DNA of 61,487 nucleotides, the filler included. It is 4 parts of 4 records of this genome, joined end to end, with 100 filler letters (N's around TTAATTAATTAA, not from the genome) between each part and the next. Parts side by side here need not be neighbours in the genome. Positions count along the whole stretch, not along the records: positions 53,197 to 61,487 come from SRR20825006_1025; 3 more parts are not named here. The stretch is one strand, 5' to 3'. The translations under genes were made by a program, and so were the position numbers. How positions within the stretch are numbered: the stretch's first letter is position 1; every line of letters starts with the position of its first letter. The notes under the pieces were generated by a model, which saw only the letters and a list, made by a program, of their open reading frames with translations, was not told the origin of the DNA and did no database searches. This document shows, piece by piece, positions 58,386-61,487 of the stretch.

Positions 58386-60634
58386 GCCGCTTCTCCTTGA
58401 TCGTCTTTATCTGAAACACGGTTTTGCGGCCGGTTCTGTGGAACATCGTTTTTGTGGAAATCTTCGAGCATGTCTGACCAGCGCGAGGCATGAAGCCAGG
58501 CGTTGTATTGCGTCGCCACACCAAGCATGTAATCGGTGTGGGTCGAGATCGACTTTCGCTCGAAATGATAAAGGCTGGCGTCAGGTACATATTTGATATC
58601 GAAATCGGCCTTGCGGATTTTGAGGCAAAGGTCACTGTCCTCGTAATCGCCGATCACGTAATCTTCGGTAAAGCCACCGACATCATTGAACGTGCCACGA
58701 TGCAACAGCATGCAAGCCCCGGTGATCCCGGGAACGGATCGTTCAACATTGGCGTCACGGAACTGATCGGGCAGCCCTTTATAGAAATGATGGTTCAGCC
58801 ATTGTCCGCGTTCATTGCGGGCAAAATACATTCCGGCATGCTGCAACGAGCCATCTTCAAACAGAAGCTTTGGCCCGACCGCGGCGACATCCTGCGGACC
58901 GCCCATTTTTGAGGCCATCAATTCCAGCCAGCCAATCTGATAGGGAATGACATCCGAATTCAGCATCGCGATCAGGTCTGACCGAGCCTGTTCGGCACCT
59001 GAATTGCAGGCCCGCGCATACCCCCCATTTCGGGTCATGACCACCAGACGCATCGGCATGTCATAAAGCAGATGCAACCCACGCAGCAGATGTTCGCACT
59101 CTTCTGCCTGTTCCGGAGAATCCAGAACGTAAATCACTTCGCAATATCGTGAAATCCAGGGGTCACAGGCAAAGGCACCAACCTGGGCACGCAGGAAATC
59201 GAGCACCCGATACAGCGGCACAACAATCGAAACAGCGGGCTCTTTAAGCTGCTCACCAAACTCGATGGTTCGATCCGCTTTGGCAGCAGCAAGCAATTTC
59301 TGCTGCAAATCACCAATGACCGGAGCCAGACAGTTTTCAATGATCTCGTCAGTCAGGTGCTGCGGTGGGACCGCACGCAGGATACGTGCCCGCGCCTCTG
59401 CCGGGTCAATCGGCTGGGCGGTTGGCACCATCAGGTGACGACTGCCCGAGGTCAGTCGCATCAAACTGCGTGGTTGAAGGATCGGTACCTGGCTTTGAAT
59501 GTCACGATAAAACCCGACAAACCCGGTGGCCGAAACCGTTCGGTCGTCATCCATGACATTCCCGGCATAGCGATAAAAACCATCGCCGAATGGATGGGCT
59601 GTGCCCTTGCTGTCAAGAATATCAATGCTGGCGATCATTTCAGCCGGATCACGATACCAGCCGCCAATCAGGGTGCCACGCGCAGTAGTTACGGCAAGGT
59701 CGACCTCACCACTGGGCAAGCCACCGCCACCCGTAACCCGCTGGCTTGAAAGCGGACAGCGTAGCTGGAATTCAAGCGCGGCCTTTCTGGCCTTGGTATC
59801 GCCACGCGCCATTGCGCCAATGATATATTCGCGCAGATCGGCATCAGATTTGCCGCGCGCCAGCCACCATCGCGACAACGAGGGCAAAACTGGCGTCGCC
59901 GCCAGATGGCGAATGGCCAGCGCGCGTCCGCCGGTCACGACGAGATAGGCACCGTTCTCGGTGCCGTCGCGATCAGCGATCATGTAGGTCTGTTTTTTGC
60001 CTTGGGGCCCCTCGCTGCTTTCATGTGGCGGAACAGCCAGACGGCGGAATCCGAACGAGGACACGATATAAACAGCTTCGATGTCACCAAACGCCACCGG
60101 CAGCCCAGCCGAGATCAGTATCTGCTGATCTGAGAGTTTTGCGACCGCTTTGGCGCGCTGTGGCGTATCGACAATTTCGGAAACCAGTTTATTGAGAAAT
60201 GCGGTGTAACTTTTGCTTCGGCGGGTACGAAACATGCTTGCCCACGCACCAAGCAGCGCAGACATAAGAGACAAGCGTCCCGATGGCGTCACGTCTTCAA
60301 GCAGCATGCTCGCATTGGCAAATTCAAAATCACCTTCCGGATCGATGGTGATTTCATCTTTGCGGCCAAGAGTCCCTGCTTCTGCCAGGAACGAAACCGG
60401 TTCGTCCTTAGGCCGACGGATCAGGCGCAGAAGTCGCGTGCCGCCACCATTAAGCGGCAAACGCAGTGTGGCTTGCGGCGAGATTGCCTTGCCTTCGGTA
60501 GTTTCAAGTTTGGGCACCGCCCACAAGCGGGTCGGCATATCCCAGATCAGAAGCAATGTTTCCGGGTTAAGCAGGCAAACGTCCGGCGCGTCACCGGTCG
60601 TCCGCACAGCATCGGACGAGGCAAATTCAAGCAT
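58382..60634 (-). CDS. Large GT2 glycosyltransferase, WgeB/ExpE2-like
   Basis: VSIVVPLY, NGGYARACN, LNSDV, LQHAG, TGACML, VGGF, YEDSDLC, YHFE; long N-terminal extension; start 60634 or 60679. Confidence 0.9.
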   Translation of the reverse strand: MLEFASSDAVRTTGDAPDVCLLNPETLLLIWDMPTRLWAVPKLETTEGKAISPQATLRLPLNGGGTRLLRLIRRPKDEPVSFLAEAGTLGRKDEITIDPEGDFEFANASMLLEDVTPSGRLSLMSALLGAWASMFRTRRSKSYTAFLNKLVSEIVDTPQRAKAVAKLSDQQILISAGLPVAFGDIEAVYIVSSFGFRRLAVPPHESSEGPQGKKQTYMIADRDGTENGAYLVVTGGRALAIRHLAATPVLPSLSRWWLARGKSDADLREYIIGAMARGDTKARKAALEFQLRCPLSSQRVTGGGGLPSGEVDLAVTTARGTLIGGWYRDPAEMIASIDILDSKGTAHPFGDGFYRYAGNVMDDDRTVSATGFVGFYRDIQSQVPILQPRSLMRLTSGSRHLMVPTAQPIDPAEARARILRAVPPQHLTDEIIENCLAPVIGDLQQKLLAAAKADRTIEFGEQLKEPAVSIVVPLYRVLDFLRAQVGAFACDPWISRYCEVIYVLDSPEQAEECEHLLRGLHLLYDMPMRLVVMTRNGGYARACNSGAEQARSDLIAMLNSDVIPYQIGWLELMASKMGGPQDVAAVGPKLLFEDGSLQHAGMYFARNERGQWLNHHFYKGLPDQFRDANVERSVPGITGACMLLHRGTFNDVGGFTEDYVIGDYEDSDLCLKIRKADFDIKYVPDASLYHFERKSISTHTDYMLGVATQYNAWLHASRWSDMLEDFHKNDVPQNRPQNRVSDKDDQGEAA

Positions 60635-60703
60635 GGCGATTTTCACTTCACAAGAAGAACGGGGTGACGCCCGCAACATAAGTTGCGGACGCCAACATTC
60701 GGA

Positions 60704-61487
60704 TTACTGGACGCTGAAGAAGCTGTCCGGATTGTCCTGGACGTCTTCTGCATCGACATTGTTGAGGGTGATGGAATCCCCATTGCCAAGGTCGATAACA
60801 GTGTTGGCGCCAACCTGCGATGCACGCGCAGCAATATCATCGGCACTTTCAATGCCGGTATCATTGATGTTGCTGCTAATGGAAAGCATGTCTTCACCAA
60901 CCGTGAAGTCGAGCACGACGTCGTTGCCGCCGCCACCGGTGAAGACAAAGGTATCGCTACCCGAGCCACCGACCAGCAGGTCGTCCCCGGCACCACCGTC
61001 AAGGACATCGTCCCCGGAGCCGCCAAGCAGGACGTCATTGCCATCGCCACCCTGGAGAACATCGTCCCCAGAACCGCCCAGCAACTGATCGTCGCCTGCA
61101 CCGCCCAGCATGATGTCATCGCCGCCACCGCCGACCATAAGATCATCGCCTGCGCCACCATCAAGGACATCATTGTCCGAACCGCCAAGCAGGGTGTCGT
61201 CACCGGCACCACCTGACAGTACGTCTTCGCCAGAGCCACCTATCAACAGGTCGCTGCCGGAATCCCCCATCAGCACATCGTCACCCGATCCACCGAACAG
61301 GATATCGTCACCTTCGCCACCAATCGCGACATCGTTTCCTGCGCCGCCGAACAGAACGTCATCGCCCTCTTCACCGAACAGAACATCGTCATCACCTTGT
61401 CCGAAGATTGTATCGTCACCGCCACGTCCGAAAATCACGTCGCTGAAACGAGACCCTAGAAGCGCATCATCAAAGGCGCCGCCTTCG
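60704..61487 (-). CDS. RTX-type calcium-binding repeat protein, WgeA/ExpE1-like, 5' end outside window
   Basis: About 20 tandem GGxGxDxLx nonapeptides then DTFVF...DVVLDF...[12 protein letters not shown]-terminus; frame open to the window edge ([19 protein letters not shown]). Confidence 0.92.
   Translation of the reverse strand, partial: EGGAFDDALLGSRFSDVIFGRGGDDTIFGQGDDDVLFGEEGDDVLFGGAGNDVAIGGEGDDILFGGSGDDVLMGDSGSDLLIGGSGEDVLSGGAGDDTLLGGSDNDVLDGGAGDDLMVGGGGDDIMLGGAGDDQLLGGSGDDVLQGGDGNDVLLGGSGDDVLDGGAGDDLLVGGSGSDTFVFTGGGGNDVVLDFTVGEDMLSISSNINDTGIESADDIAARASQVGANTVIDLGNGDSITLNNVDAEDVQDNPDSFFSVQ

Noticed and set aside
60940-61487. Regular 27-nt periodicity as a possible CRISPR array or DNA tandem repeat
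   Set aside because: Explained by RTX nonapeptide coding with synonymous variation; no spacers or cas genes
25741-61487. All four segment right ends finish in CG
   Set aside because: Too few cases in CG-rich DNA; likely chance or an assembly effect

Overview
The window is four contigs joined by artificial 100-nt linkers (N44-TTAATTAATTAA-N44 at 25749-25848, 37737-37836, 53097-53196), so adjacency across linkers has no biological meaning. All four look alphaproteobacterial. Segment 1 (1-25748) is Rhizobiales-like core genome: partial tRNA-Thr, an unlisted 59-aa ORF, murA-DUF2948-hisD-UPF0262-infA-maf-yacG, a TPR lipoprotein, M17 peptidase and NlpC/P60, adhE under a perfect FNR/FixK box, copZ-copA under a CueR box, RidA, ALDH, ung, an ABC transporter, and an oligogalacturonide locus ending in a single-ORF GH28-GH105 fusion. 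Segment 2 (25849-37736) is accessory: SDR/AraC, a ROK-GH42-sugar ABC locus, a histidine phosphatase and IS debris (in-frame IS1182-type transposase/GNAT chimera, frameshifted tandem-SH3 gene, probable IS21 end). Segment 3 (37837-53096, visibly more GC-rich) holds purine catabolism (uraH, puuE-uraD, allE, allA), a UbiH-like hydroxylase, a six-gene PTPS-IV-type cluster of unknown product (creatininase-like, RibD-reductase, methyltransferase, GT4, Cys-less PTPS, MDR), REP dimers and redox genes. Segment 4 (53197-61487) is a wge/expE-like operon with an RTX protein, GT2, methyltransferase, GT4, a membrane-anchored protein and an apparently inactive GT2 paralog. The best candidates for undescribed biology are the PTPS-IV cluster, the GH28-GH105 fusion and the RTX/GT/pseudo-GT operon. 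All calls are from motif recognition by eye; no searches were run.
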